In this document: positions 1 to 8,243 of the stretch, piece after piece | Layout: each line of letters begins with the position of its first letter | Numbering within the stretch: position 1 is the stretch's first letter | Assembly (NCBI GenBank): GCA_965284305.1 | Contig: OZ260070.1 | Coordinates: forward strand, 1,287,352 to 1,351,351 | DNA from: Caulobacteraceae bacterium | Lineage (GTDB): Bacteria > Pseudomonadota > Alphaproteobacteria > Caulobacterales > Caulobacteraceae | DNA length: 64,000 nucleotides | Direction: 5' to 3' | Notes under the pieces: generated by a model | What the model saw: the letters and a program-made list of their open reading frames with translations, nothing else | The model's database searches: none | Told to the model about the DNA's origin: nothing | Program-made: the position numbers and the translations under genes

Positions 1-116
1 AAGGCCGCGGCGCGGAAGTGCGTTAAACATGCGATATCCCCACAAGGACGCACGGCGCGTCCAGCGCGCCGAAAGTTCGAGGGTCTTATAACGCGCGGAG
101 AACCGTTTTCCGACCG

Positions 117-1052
117 TTAATCGAACAGTTTGGACACGGATTCCTCGTTGGCGATCCGCCGGATAGCCTCTCCGATCAACGGTGCCACGGAAACCGTACG
201 GATTTTTCCGCAGTTCAAAACTTCGTGGGGCTGCTCAATGGAGTCCGTGATCACCAGTTCTTTCAGCGGTCCGTCGGTGATCCGCTGCACGGCCGGACCC
301 GACAGCACACCGTGGCTGATATAGGCCGAGACCTCTGTCGCCCCCTTGTCCATCAGCGCCTGCGCCGCATTGACCAGGGTGCCGCCGGAATCGACGATGT
401 CATCGAACAGGATGCAGCGCCGGCCCTGGACATCACCGATGATGTTCATCACCTCGCTTTCGCCGGCCCGGGCCCGGCGCTTGTCGACGATGGCGAGATC
501 GGCGTTGAGACGCGACGCCAGCGAACGGGCCCGTACGACACCGCCGACGTCGGGCGACACGATCATCAGGTCGTCGCCGCGTGGATAGTGATCCCTGATA
601 TCCTGGGCGAGGACGGGTGTTGCCACCAGATTGTCGGTCGGAATGTCGAAGAAGCCCTGGATCTGGCCCGCATGCAGATCCATCGTCAGCACCCGGTGTG
701 CCCCGGCCCGGGTGATCATATTGGCCACCAGCTTGGCCGAGATGGGGGTCCGTCCGCCGGTCTTGCGGTCCTGCCGGGCATAGCCGAAATAGGGCATGAC
801 GGCCGTGATCCGCTTGGCGGACGCCCGGACCAGGGCGTCCGTCATGATCAGCAGTTCCATGAGATTGTCATTGGCCGGATAGCTGGTCGACTGGATCACG
901 AAGACGTCCTCGCCGCGGACGTTCTCCTCGATGACCGCGAACACCTCATTGTCGGCGAACCGTTTTACCTGGGCCTTGGTCAAAGGCATGTCGAGGTGGG
1001 CCGCCATGGCCTGGGACAGCGTGCGGTTGGAGTTGCCAGAGAGCAGTTTCAT
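117..1052 (-). CDS. prs: ribose-phosphate pyrophosphokinase
   Basis: 311 aa. The N-terminus MKLLSGNSN...[25 protein letters not shown] and the PRPP-binding loop DDIVDSGGT are typical of Prs. Confidence 0.95.
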   Translation of the reverse strand: MKLLSGNSNRTLSQAMAAHLDMPLTKAQVKRFADNEVFAVIEENVRGEDVFVIQSTSYPANDNLMELLIMTDALVRASAKRITAVMPYFGYARQDRKTGGRTPISAKLVANMITRAGAHRVLTMDLHAGQIQGFFDIPTDNLVATPVLAQDIRDHYPRGDDLMIVSPDVGGVVRARSLASRLNADLAIVDKRRARAGESEVMNIIGDVQGRRCILFDDIVDSGGTLVNAAQALMDKGATEVSAYISHGVLSGPAVQRITDGPLKELVITDSIEQPHEVLNCGKIRTVSVAPLIGEAIRRIANEESVSKLFD

Positions 1053-1260
1053 GTCCGGTCATCCTTTCGCCGTCATCGCCGGGCTGAGAATGCGTCCGCA
1101 GCGTTGGCGCGCTTCATACCAGCGGACGGCCCGGCCACAAGGCGCGGCGCGCCATTTCGGCGCTCTTCTTCGCGCATTGGCGTGGGCAGGTTCGCTGGTG
1201 TAGAGATCGCGTCTCGTTTTTGGGGGGCGCCGCCGGGTCCGCGCCCGCCGGCATTTCAAG

Positions 1261-2118
1261 TTGAGGTCGTCCTTGCCTGCATCCCAATTCCGCGCCGGCC
1301 TGATCCTGGCCACCGTGGCTGTTTCCGCCCTGACGATCTCGGCCTGCAGCGGTCGCACTGACCGGCCGCGTCTGGCCTATGAGGAGCGGCCGGTCGAGGC
1401 GCTCTACAACACCGGCTACCAGCGCCTGGAACGTGGCCGCTGGGCCGATGCGATCGATTATTTCCAGGAGGTCGAGCGCCAGCATCCGTATTCGGAATGG
1501 TCGCGCCGCGCGATCCTGATGCAGATCTACGCCTACTATCAGAACAACAACTACGCCGACGCCATCGCCGCCTCGGACCGGTTCATCCAGCTGTTCCCGG
1601 GCAATCCGTCGGCCCCGTACGCCTTCTACATGAAGGCCCTGTGCAATTTCGAACAGATCACCGACGTGGGCCGCGACCAGGGCTATGCCCAGGCGGCTCT
1701 GGACGGGCTCAAGGATGTGCAGCGCCGTTACCCCGGCACGTCCTATGCCACCGACGCCACGGTCAAGATCGACATGGTCAACGACCAGCTGGCGGGCAAG
1801 GAAATGGCCATCGGCCGCTACTATCAGCGCGCGGGCCAGCCGCTGGCGGCGATCAACCGCTACAAGGCGGTGATCGACAACGAAGCCTATCAGCGGACCT
1901 CACACACGCCCGAGGCCCTGTACCGGCTGGTCGAGGTCAATCTGACCCTGGGCCTGAAGGAAGAGGCGACCCGCAACGGGGCCGTGCTCGGCTTCAACTA
2001 TCCGGGCAGCCCCTGGTACGCCGAGGCCTATGCCCTGCTGTCCGAAGACGGCCGCCGGCCCGAGGTCGCCCCGACCGCCCAGCGCGAAAGCTGGCTGCGC
2101 CGGATCATTCCGGGCTGA
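1261..2118 (+). CDS. bamD: outer membrane protein assembly factor BamD (TPR lipoprotein)
   Basis: 285 aa with a lipobox-like signal (LTISAC). The TPR-like text YNTGYQRLERGRWADAIDYFQEVERQHPYSEW fits YfiO/BamD. The start is TTG, so its position is uncertain. Confidence 0.88.
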   Translation: MRSSLPASQFRAGLILATVAVSALTISACSGRTDRPRLAYEERPVEALYNTGYQRLERGRWADAIDYFQEVERQHPYSEWSRRAILMQIYAYYQNNNYADAIAASDRFIQLFPGNPSAPYAFYMKALCNFEQITDVGRDQGYAQAALDGLKDVQRRYPGTSYATDATVKIDMVNDQLAGKEMAIGRYYQRAGQPLAAINRYKAVIDNEAYQRTSHTPEALYRLVEVNLTLGLKEEATRNGAVLGFNYPGSPWYAEAYALLSEDGRRPEVAPTAQRESWLRRIIPG

Positions 2119-2132
2119 GGTCGCCTTGACCG

Positions 2133-2162
2133 CGATCATTTATGTAGCTACATAAATGATCG
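2133..2162. promoter_or_regulatory. perfect 30-bp palindrome overlapping the brnT start codon (candidate BrnA/BrnT operator)
   Basis: I checked CGATCATTTATGTAG|CTACATAAATGATCG base by base: 15/15 complementary pairs. It is AT-rich in a GC-rich genome, and the ATG at 2156 lies in the right arm. Confidence 0.6.
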
Positions 2163-2440
2163 TCTTCGATCCCGAAAAGGACAGGGTGAACATCGCCAAA
2201 CACGGCGTGTGACTCAGCCGTGCCCGAGACTTCGTTTTCGAGAACTCGTTGGTCGAAGCGGATGACCGGTTCGACTACGATGAGCGACGGTGGGTAGCCT
2301 ACGGTGATCTGGACGGCAGGCTTTATGTTCTGGTCTTCGTGGTCCGGGACGACATGACTCGCGCGATAAGCCTGCGGAAGGCGAACGAACGGGAGAAGCG
2401 GCATGCCAAACGGCAAGGGCGCCTCGGAGGCGCCGGTTGA
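2156..2440 (+). pseudogene. brnT: BrnT-family (DUF497) ribonuclease toxin interrupted by an in-frame TGA at codon 19
   Basis: The frame starting at ATG 2156 reads MIVFDPEKDRVNIAKHGV-TGA(2210-2212)-LSRARDFVFENSLVEADDRFDYDERRWVAYGDLDGRLYVLVFVVRDDMTRAISLRKANEREKRH. This is a contiguous BrnT-like sequence in a single frame, broken only by the stop. Confidence 0.7.
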
Positions 2441-2702
2441 GTATCTGGTCGATGACGACGATGACACGCCCGAGCTGACCGCCGAGCGCGCCGCCCGGCT
2501 GCGTCCGGCCAGGGACGTTTTCCCGGAATATGTGCTGGCGCAGTTCAAGCGGTCGCCGGGCCGGCCTCGCTCCGCCTCTGCCAAGAAGCAGGTCACACTT
2601 CGGCTGGACGCAGAGATACTGGACTACTTCCGGGCCGGGGGAGACGGCTGGCAATCCCGCATCAACCGGGCCCTGCGACAGGCCGCCGGTTTCACGGATT
2701 GA
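2403..2702 (+). CDS. brnA: BrnA-family antitoxin (ribbon-helix-helix)
   Basis: 99 aa. The C-terminal text KKQVTLRLDAEILDYFRAGGDGWQSRINRALRQ is typical of BrnA. The gene overlaps the 3' end of brnT. Confidence 0.8.
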   Translation: MPNGKGASEAPVEYLVDDDDDTPELTAERAARLRPARDVFPEYVLAQFKRSPGRPRSASAKKQVTLRLDAEILDYFRAGGDGWQSRINRALRQAAGFTD

Positions 2703-2750
2703 TCGTCCGCACTTTGCTAGACTGCCGCTGATGCCGAATCGCCGCCGTTC

Positions 2751-4451
2751 ATGCTGACCGCCCTGTCCATCCGCGACATCGTGCTGGTCGATGCCCTCGA
2801 CCTCGAGGTGCACGGCGGCCTGACCGTGCTGACCGGCGAGACCGGGGCGGGGAAGTCGATCATTCTTGACGCCCTCGGCCTGGCCCTGGGCGCGCGGGCC
2901 GACGCCGGTCTGGTGCGGGCCGGCGCGAAACAGGCCTCCGCCACCGCCGTCTTCACCGCCCCCGACGATCCCGCCCTGATCGCCCTGATCAGCGAGCGGG
3001 GCTTTGACGTCGTGCCGGGCGAGGAGCTGATCCTGCGCCGCACCCTCGCCGCCGACGGCCGCAGCCGCGCCTTCGTCAATGACCAGCCGGCGGGCGTCAC
3101 CGCCCTGCGCGAGATCGGCCAGGCCCTGGTCGAGGTGCATGGCCAGCATGAGACCGTCGGCCTGCTGGACTGGAAGACCCACCGGGCCCTGCTGGACAAC
3201 TATGGCGGCCTGCAGCCCCAGCTGGACGGGGTGGCCCGCGCGGCCGACCGGCTCAAGGCCGCCGAACGTACCGTCGCCGACCTCAGGGCCGCCGCAGCCG
3301 ACGCCGCCTCACGGGCCGAGGAACTGACGCAGAATCTCGCCGACCTCGACGACCTCGACCCGCGCGCCGATGAGGAGACCGAACTGGCCGGCGAACGCGC
3401 CATCCTCGGGGCCGCGGAAAAGGCCGTTGCGGACCTCGCCGACGCCCGGGCCTCCCTGGGCGGGGACAAGCTGTCCCAGAAGCTTTCGGCGGCCCTGCGC
3501 GCCGTCGAACATGCGCGGGCGCGGGCGGGGCAGGCGGGCACGGACCCTGAACACCCCCTGCTGCAGAAGCTGACCGCCGCCGCCGAGGCCATCGACCGCA
3601 CCATGGTCGAGGCCGAAGAGGCCATCGCCTGCGTCGACGCCGCCGCCAATGCCTTCGACTTCGAACCCGGCCGCCTCGACAAGGCCGAGGAGCGGCTGTT
3701 CGCCCTGCGCGCCGCCGCGCGGAAGCTGAACACCTCGGTCGACAGCCTGCCGGTCCTGCGCCTCCGCTTCCGCGAACAGCTGCGGCTGATCGAGGACGGG
3801 GCCGAGGCCATCAGCGCCGCCGAACGCGCCGCCTCCGCCGCCCGCGAGGCCTATGACGTGGCCGCCATCCTCCTGACCTCCGCCCGCGAGGCCGCCGCCG
3901 ACCGCCTGACCGCCGCCGTGATGGAAGAGCTGGCCCCCCTGAAGCTGGAGCGCGCCCGTTTCCGTGTCGGCTTCGAGCCGGTCGCCGACGGCCGGCGCGG
4001 CCCGCTGGGCGTCGAGACGGTCCGCTTCGAGATCGCCACCAACGCAGGCACCCCCTTCGGCCCGCTGGACGCCATTGCCTCGGGCGGCGAACTGGCCCGT
4101 TTCGCCCTCGCCATGAAGGCGGCCCTGGCCGGGCGCGAGGACCAGCGCCAGCCGGTGATGATCTTCGACGAGGTCGATCAGGGCGTCGGCGGCGCCGTGG
4201 CCTCCGCCGTCGGCGCGCGGCTGGAGCGGCTGTCGAAAGGCGCCCAGGTCCTGGTCGTGACCCACAGCCCCCAGGTCGCCGCCCGCGGCCACGCCCACTG
4301 GAAGGTCCGCAAGGCCGACGCCGGTGGCGTGACCACGACGACGGTGGATGCCCTGGACGACGACGCCCGCCGCGAGGAGATCGCGCGCATGCTGTCGGGG
4401 GCGGTGGTGACGGACGAGGCCCGGGCGGCGGCGAGAAGCCTGATCGGGTGA
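2751..4451 (+). CDS. recN: DNA repair protein RecN
   Basis: 566 aa. It has an N-terminal Walker A (LTGETGAGKSII), a long coiled-coil middle and a C-terminal signature region (ASGGELARFALA...IFDEVDQGVGG). Confidence 0.95.
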   Translation: MLTALSIRDIVLVDALDLEVHGGLTVLTGETGAGKSIILDALGLALGARADAGLVRAGAKQASATAVFTAPDDPALIALISERGFDVVPGEELILRRTLAADGRSRAFVNDQPAGVTALREIGQALVEVHGQHETVGLLDWKTHRALLDNYGGLQPQLDGVARAADRLKAAERTVADLRAAAADAASRAEELTQNLADLDDLDPRADEETELAGERAILGAAEKAVADLADARASLGGDKLSQKLSAALRAVEHARARAGQAGTDPEHPLLQKLTAAAEAIDRTMVEAEEAIACVDAAANAFDFEPGRLDKAEERLFALRAAARKLNTSVDSLPVLRLRFREQLRLIEDGAEAISAAERAASAAREAYDVAAILLTSAREAAADRLTAAVMEELAPLKLERARFRVGFEPVADGRRGPLGVETVRFEIATNAGTPFGPLDAIASGGELARFALAMKAALAGREDQRQPVMIFDEVDQGVGGAVASAVGARLERLSKGAQVLVVTHSPQVAARGHAHWKVRKADAGGVTTTTVDALDDDARREEIARMLSGAVVTDEARAAARSLIG

Positions 4452-4466
4452 ATGATAAAGTCCCAT

Positions 4467-4562
4467 GACGGGGAAGTGGGGACACACATACCACTTTCCA
4501 TGGTTGTTCGGCCGAGCGAGACAGAAAGTGGTGTGTGTCCCCACTTCGTCCCCACTTCCGTC
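4467..4562. repeat. about 96-nt long imperfect hairpin between convergent recN and zur
   Basis: The left arm GGAAGTGGGGACACACATACCACTTTC (4472-4498) pairs with the right arm GAAAGTGGTGTGTGTCCCCACTTC (4524-4547). The right side carries a tandem GTCCCCACTTC duplication. Confidence 0.7.
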
Positions 4563-4630
4563 GGGACGGATGAGCGCCGCACCCGCAAGGGCACGATGAT
4601 CACACTGAAGGTCAGCGGAACCTTCTGAGA

Positions 4631-5107
4631 TCAGGCCGCGGCGGTTGAGGCCTCGACACAGGTGCGGCATCGTCCCTGTACCTCCTGGACGATCTGTTCA
4701 CACTCGAATCCCGAGTCCTGCGCCAGGTTCTGGAGAAGGGTCCCGGCTTCGCGCAGGCTGACCTCAGTCGCTGCCTTGCAGACCCGGCAGACCAGGAAGA
4801 TCGGGCGATGGCTTTGGTTAGCGCTCCTGCAGACAACGTAGGCCTTGCGACTGCTGATGCGGTGGACCAGTCCGACCCGCTCGAGGAACTCGAGTGCGCG
4901 ATAGACGGTCGGCGGATGGGCTCGTCCCCGCAGCAACTGCATCCGCGCGATCAGGTCATAGGCAGCCAAGGGCTGCTTCGCGTCGAAGAGAAGAGACAGG
5001 ACGTCCCGTCGGGGCGATGTGAGCGTGCCTCCGGCCTCGGCGCAGGTGCGTTCGGCCCACGACAGGTCGCCGTGCGATGGGCAAGCGGTCTTGTCAGGGA
5101 TGGTCAT
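4631..5107 (-). CDS. zur: Fur-family metalloregulator, most likely Zur
   Basis: 158 aa. It has a winged-helix region (PPTVYRALEFLERVGLVHR) and CxxC pairs (CRVC...CRTC). The genomic context fits Zur: it is divergent from a metal-type ABC transporter and has a palindromic box in the shared promoter region. Confidence 0.72.
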   Translation of the reverse strand: MTIPDKTACPSHGDLSWAERTCAEAGGTLTSPRRDVLSLLFDAKQPLAAYDLIARMQLLRGRAHPPTVYRALEFLERVGLVHRISSRKAYVVCRSANQSHRPIFLVCRVCKAATEVSLREAGTLLQNLAQDSGFECEQIVQEVQGRCRTCVEASTAAA

Positions 5108-5477
5108 GCGGCTGTCGCGTCCGTCGCCAGTTCAGGGCGTGGACCGTGGCGAGAACGAGGCCCCCGGCGATCGTCATCAGCGCCTCGCTCTCGTGATCCG
5201 GCCAACCCGCCGCGCCCGCGATCAACAGGCTAAGGCCAAGCACGGCACCGACGATGAGGAAGCCGGACCGTCGCCTGCCCAAACCCAGGAGCGCATAGGT
5301 CGAGACCGGGACAGCCAGGGCCACGAACAGCCAGTGGACCCATTCCGCCTCCGCCAGGACGCCGAGGAAGGGCAGGGCGACCGCCAGGACAGGCAAGGCC
5401 AGGCAGTGCAGCAGACAAAGACCCGAGAGCGACATCGCCAAGCCGTCGAACCCTCGCGATCGCAAGACACCCGCCAT
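5094..5477 (-). CDS. MerC-domain membrane protein
   Basis: 127 aa with 4 predicted TM segments and the motif LSGLCLLHCLALP, which is typical of MerC-like proteins. It overlaps the zur start by 14 nt, which implies one operon. Confidence 0.7.
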   Translation of the reverse strand: MAGVLRSRGFDGLAMSLSGLCLLHCLALPVLAVALPFLGVLAEAEWVHWLFVALAVPVSTYALLGLGRRRSGFLIVGAVLGLSLLIAGAAGWPDHESEALMTIAGGLVLATVHALNWRRTRQPHDHP

Positions 5478-5508
5478 CGTTCATCCTCTTCACGTCGGCG
5501 CTTGATAT

Positions 5509-5521
5509 GTTATATCGTAAC
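5509..5521. promoter_or_regulatory. candidate Zur box GTTATATCGTAAC
   Basis: This is a GTTA-N5-TAAC inverted repeat in the 145-bp divergent region between the merC-like/zur operon and the ABC transporter. A near-identical 13-mer occurs at 22245-22257. Confidence 0.5.
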
Positions 5522-5622
5522 GTTCAACGCAAGGCCGGGAGAGAAGAATCCAGCGATCAGCCGACATTCTGGTCGACCCGATCGCGGCGACGGCGAGGCT
5601 TCCGCCCCCCGCGATTCAGACC

Positions 5623-6249
5623 GTGGCGTTGCGCATCGGCCAGGGCGGCCTCGCCCTGACGGCGCTGCACAACCTCGCCTTTGGCGCGGGTGAGGCAAGG
5701 CTGCTGCTCGGCCCGTCCGGGTGCGGAAAGACGACGCTCCTGATGACCCTGGCCGGGTTGATTCCGCCCGTTTCTGGCGACGTGCTGCTGGACGGCGTTC
5801 GGCTGGGGGCTCTGACGCAGACGCAGCGGGATCGCCTTCGTGGTCTTCAGATCGGGCTGGTCTTTCAAGACATTCACGGCGTCGCCGGGGTGTCGGTCCT
5901 GGCCAATGTCCTCCTGGGAGCCTTTGCCGTCGGCGTCCCCCAGGACCGCGAGCGGGCGATGCACTTGCTCGATCGGGTCGGGATGGCACCTCTGGCCGCG
6001 CGACGCTTCGAGACGCTGAGCCGGGGTGAGGCACAGAGGGTCGCGATCGCGCGGGCCCTGTTGCTATCGCCTACGGTGATCCTGGCCGACGAGCCGACCG
6101 CCAGCCTCGATGACGCCAATGCTGAAAAGATCGCCGACCTGCTGCTCTCGATGGCGAGCGAAGCCGGGGCGGCCCTGATCATCGCCACCCACGACCAGCG
6201 CCTGCGCGGCCGGGTCGGCGCGGTCGTCGATATGGCGGCATCGACATGA
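5623..6249 (+). CDS. ABC transporter ATP-binding protein (MacB/LolD-like)
   Basis: 208 aa with Walker A GPSGCGKTT, signature LSRGEAQR and Walker B ILADEPT. The start is GTG, and the true start may lie slightly upstream. Confidence 0.85.
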   Translation: MALRIGQGGLALTALHNLAFGAGEARLLLGPSGCGKTTLLMTLAGLIPPVSGDVLLDGVRLGALTQTQRDRLRGLQIGLVFQDIHGVAGVSVLANVLLGAFAVGVPQDRERAMHLLDRVGMAPLAARRFETLSRGEAQRVAIARALLLSPTVILADEPTASLDDANAEKIADLLLSMASEAGAALIIATHDQRLRGRVGAVVDMAAST

Positions 6250-7481
6250 CGGCCGTCGGCCTTGTCGCGGCCCTGATCCGGCGGGCCCCCTTTACCTGGG
6301 CCTTCCACGCCCTCGGCCTCGCGGTCGCCGTCGCCGTGCTGGGATCGGTGCTCCTCCTGCAGCGCGCGGCCGAGGAGCGGCTGACACGTGACCTCGCGGG
6401 TGTCGATCTGGTCGTGGGTGCCAAGGGCAGTCCGCTCCAACTCGTCACCTCGACCCTATTCCAGGTCGATGCGCCGACCGGCAACATTCCCATTTCGGTC
6501 CAGACAACGCTCGCAGGAGACCCCCTCGTCGAGGCCGCCGTGCCGGTGTCCCTTGGCGACAGCGTGGCCGGCGCGCGGATCGTGGGCACGACGGCAGCCT
6601 ATCTCGGGCTCTACGACGCCCACCTGGAGCGCGGTGCGGTGTGGGATGGCCCCATGGAGGCCGTGCTCGGGTCGGAGGCCGCACGTCGCTTGTCCCTTTC
6701 CATCGGCGACACCTTCGCGGGCGAGCATGGACTGACGGGAGGAGAGGCGCATGCCGATCGACCTTATCGGGTGGTCGGAATTCTGAGCCCGACCGGCGCC
6801 GTTATCGATCGTCTCATCCTGACCGATCTGACCAGTGTCTGGGCGCTGCACGACCATAGTGTCGGGGCCGCTGTCGGCGAGGACCGCCATAACCATGATC
6901 ACGATCACGCTACGTCGAATGATGAGGCGAGCGTTGACGCCAACCCCGAGATCACGGCCGTGCTTGTCCGCTATCGCTCGCCCCTCGCGGCGGTCGTCCT
7001 GCCGCGTCGCATAGCCGGGATGCCTGATCTTCAACCGGCCGCTCCGCCCGAGGAGGCGCGACGGCTCGCTGCCCTGGTGGGTGCGGGCTCTCGTGCGATC
7101 GCGTGGCTGGGCGTCGCCCTTCTGGTCTTGTCCGTTCTGGGCTTCCTGATCGCCCTGATCGCGGCCGTGGCCGCGCGTAGGCGTGAGATCGCCCTGTTGC
7201 GCGCCCTTGGGGCCTCGCCCGGTCGCATGATGTCGCTGAGCCTGATGGAGGGCAGTCTGCTGGGTGCCGTGGGTGGGACCCTGGGGGCCTTGGGAGCGAG
7301 AGCCGTGGCCGAAGTCGTCGCGTTGGCCGGGCCGGGTGGTCATCCTCTCCCCCTGGCTTCGCCCGGCGCGATAGAAGCGTCGCTGGTGGGGGTCGCGCTC
7401 GGTCTGGGACTGCTTGGCTCACTCGCACCAGGATGGATCACCGCCCGGACGCCCGTGGTCCGTACCTTGGGAGGCGGTTGA
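6246..7481 (+). CDS. ABC transporter permease, FtsX/MacB type, with a His-rich loop
   Basis: 411 aa with an N-terminal TM segment, a large periplasmic domain and a C-terminal FtsX-like 3-TM bundle. It contains the loop HDHSVGAAVGEDRHNHDHDHATSNDE. The 4-nt ATGA at 6246-6249 is shared between this gene's start codon and the upstream ATPase gene's stop codon. Confidence 0.85.
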   Translation: MTAVGLVAALIRRAPFTWAFHALGLAVAVAVLGSVLLLQRAAEERLTRDLAGVDLVVGAKGSPLQLVTSTLFQVDAPTGNIPISVQTTLAGDPLVEAAVPVSLGDSVAGARIVGTTAAYLGLYDAHLERGAVWDGPMEAVLGSEAARRLSLSIGDTFAGEHGLTGGEAHADRPYRVVGILSPTGAVIDRLILTDLTSVWALHDHSVGAAVGEDRHNHDHDHATSNDEASVDANPEITAVLVRYRSPLAAVVLPRRIAGMPDLQPAAPPEEARRLAALVGAGSRAIAWLGVALLVLSVLGFLIALIAAVAARRREIALLRALGASPGRMMSLSLMEGSLLGAVGGTLGALGARAVAEVVALAGPGGHPLPLASPGAIEASLVGVALGLGLLGSLAPGWITARTPVVRTLGGG

Positions 7482-8143
7482 TGGTCGTTCGCTTCTTACT
7501 CTCCCTGTCCCTGTTGCTGGCGGCCGCCTGTCGACCGGTGGAGCCACCCAACAAGGCGACGGCCACCGTCACGCCGGAGGAGCCACCCAACAAGGCGACG
7601 GCCACCGTCACGCCGGAGGAGATGGCGTTGGAGCCGGGCATCGGATTCATCGATGTGCCCCTATCCGGAGCAGCTGAAGCCCAGGAGAACGCCCCTGCGG
7701 AGGATGATCCCTTGGCCTCCGAGTTGGCCGAGGAACGGGCGATGCAGCTCAATCTGCCGACTGCCGACGGCCCGATGTGGCGGGTGCTGCGTCAGACCCG
7801 GATCACCATCGACGAACAGTCCCAGCTGTTCCAGGCGGCCCATTCCCAAGCCGTGCGGGACATGGCCGGGCGTCGCATCACGCTGCAGGGCTATATGCTG
7901 CCCTTGGAGTCGGACCTGCGGACGCGCCACTTCCTCATCTCGCCCTATACTCCTGTCTGCTTCTTCCACCCCCCGGCCGAGCCCAATGAGGTGATCGAGG
8001 TCACCCTGAGCAGACCCATTCCGGCGGGCTATCACCGCCTCGAAGTGACCGGGGTGCTGACCCTGGCCGACAACGGCGAAAAGGGGCTGTTCTTCCAGAT
8101 CAACGACGCCACGGCTCGGATCGTGGAGCGGGTTGACGGATGA
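7481..8143 (+). CDS. DUF3299-type lipoprotein
   Basis: It has a lipobox (LLLAAAC). The C-terminal text ITLQGYMLPLESDLRTRHFLISPYTPVCFFHPPAEPNEVIEV is typical of DUF3299. The start is coupled by TGATG to the permease stop, and a GGGAGG RBS lies upstream. Confidence 0.8.
   Translation: MVVRFLLSLSLLLAAACRPVEPPNKATATVTPEEPPNKATATVTPEEMALEPGIGFIDVPLSGAAEAQENAPAEDDPLASELAEERAMQLNLPTADGPMWRVLRQTRITIDEQSQLFQAAHSQAVRDMAGRRITLQGYMLPLESDLRTRHFLISPYTPVCFFHPPAEPNEVIEVTLSRPIPAGYHRLEVTGVLTLADNGEKGLFFQINDATARIVERVDG
7541..7618 (+). repeat. perfect 39-bp tandem duplication inside the DUF3299 gene linker
   Basis: GAGCCACCCAACAAGGCGACGGCCACCGTCACGCCGGAG occurs twice back to back (7541-7579 and 7580-7618). It encodes EPPNKATATVTPE twice. 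Confidence 0.95.
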
Positions 8144-8243
8144 TTCCACAACACTCTTGGTCGTGCGCCCGACGGCCGTCCTGACAATCCTGCTTTCGCT
8201 CCCGTTTCGACTCCCCAAGACCCTACAGATGGAGACTATTGAA

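Noticed and set aside
46-62. Hairpin GGACGC-ACGGC-GCGTCC downstream of prs as an intrinsic terminator
   Set aside because: The stem is only 6 bp and it is followed on the minus strand by TTGTGGGG rather than a U-tract. This is too weak to call.
2703-2750. Expected alphaproteobacterial SOS box (GTTC-N7-GTTC / GAAC-N7-GAAC) upstream of recN
   Set aside because: I find only a single GTTC, next to the start codon, and no correctly spaced pair. Either recN is not LexA-controlled here or the BrnTA insertion displaced the site. There is no positive evidence to report.
7541-7618. Possible CRISPR-like or minisatellite array
   Set aside because: There are only two identical units, directly adjacent with no spacers, in frame inside a coding region. 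This is a tandem duplication, not a CRISPR array. No cas genes occur in the window.
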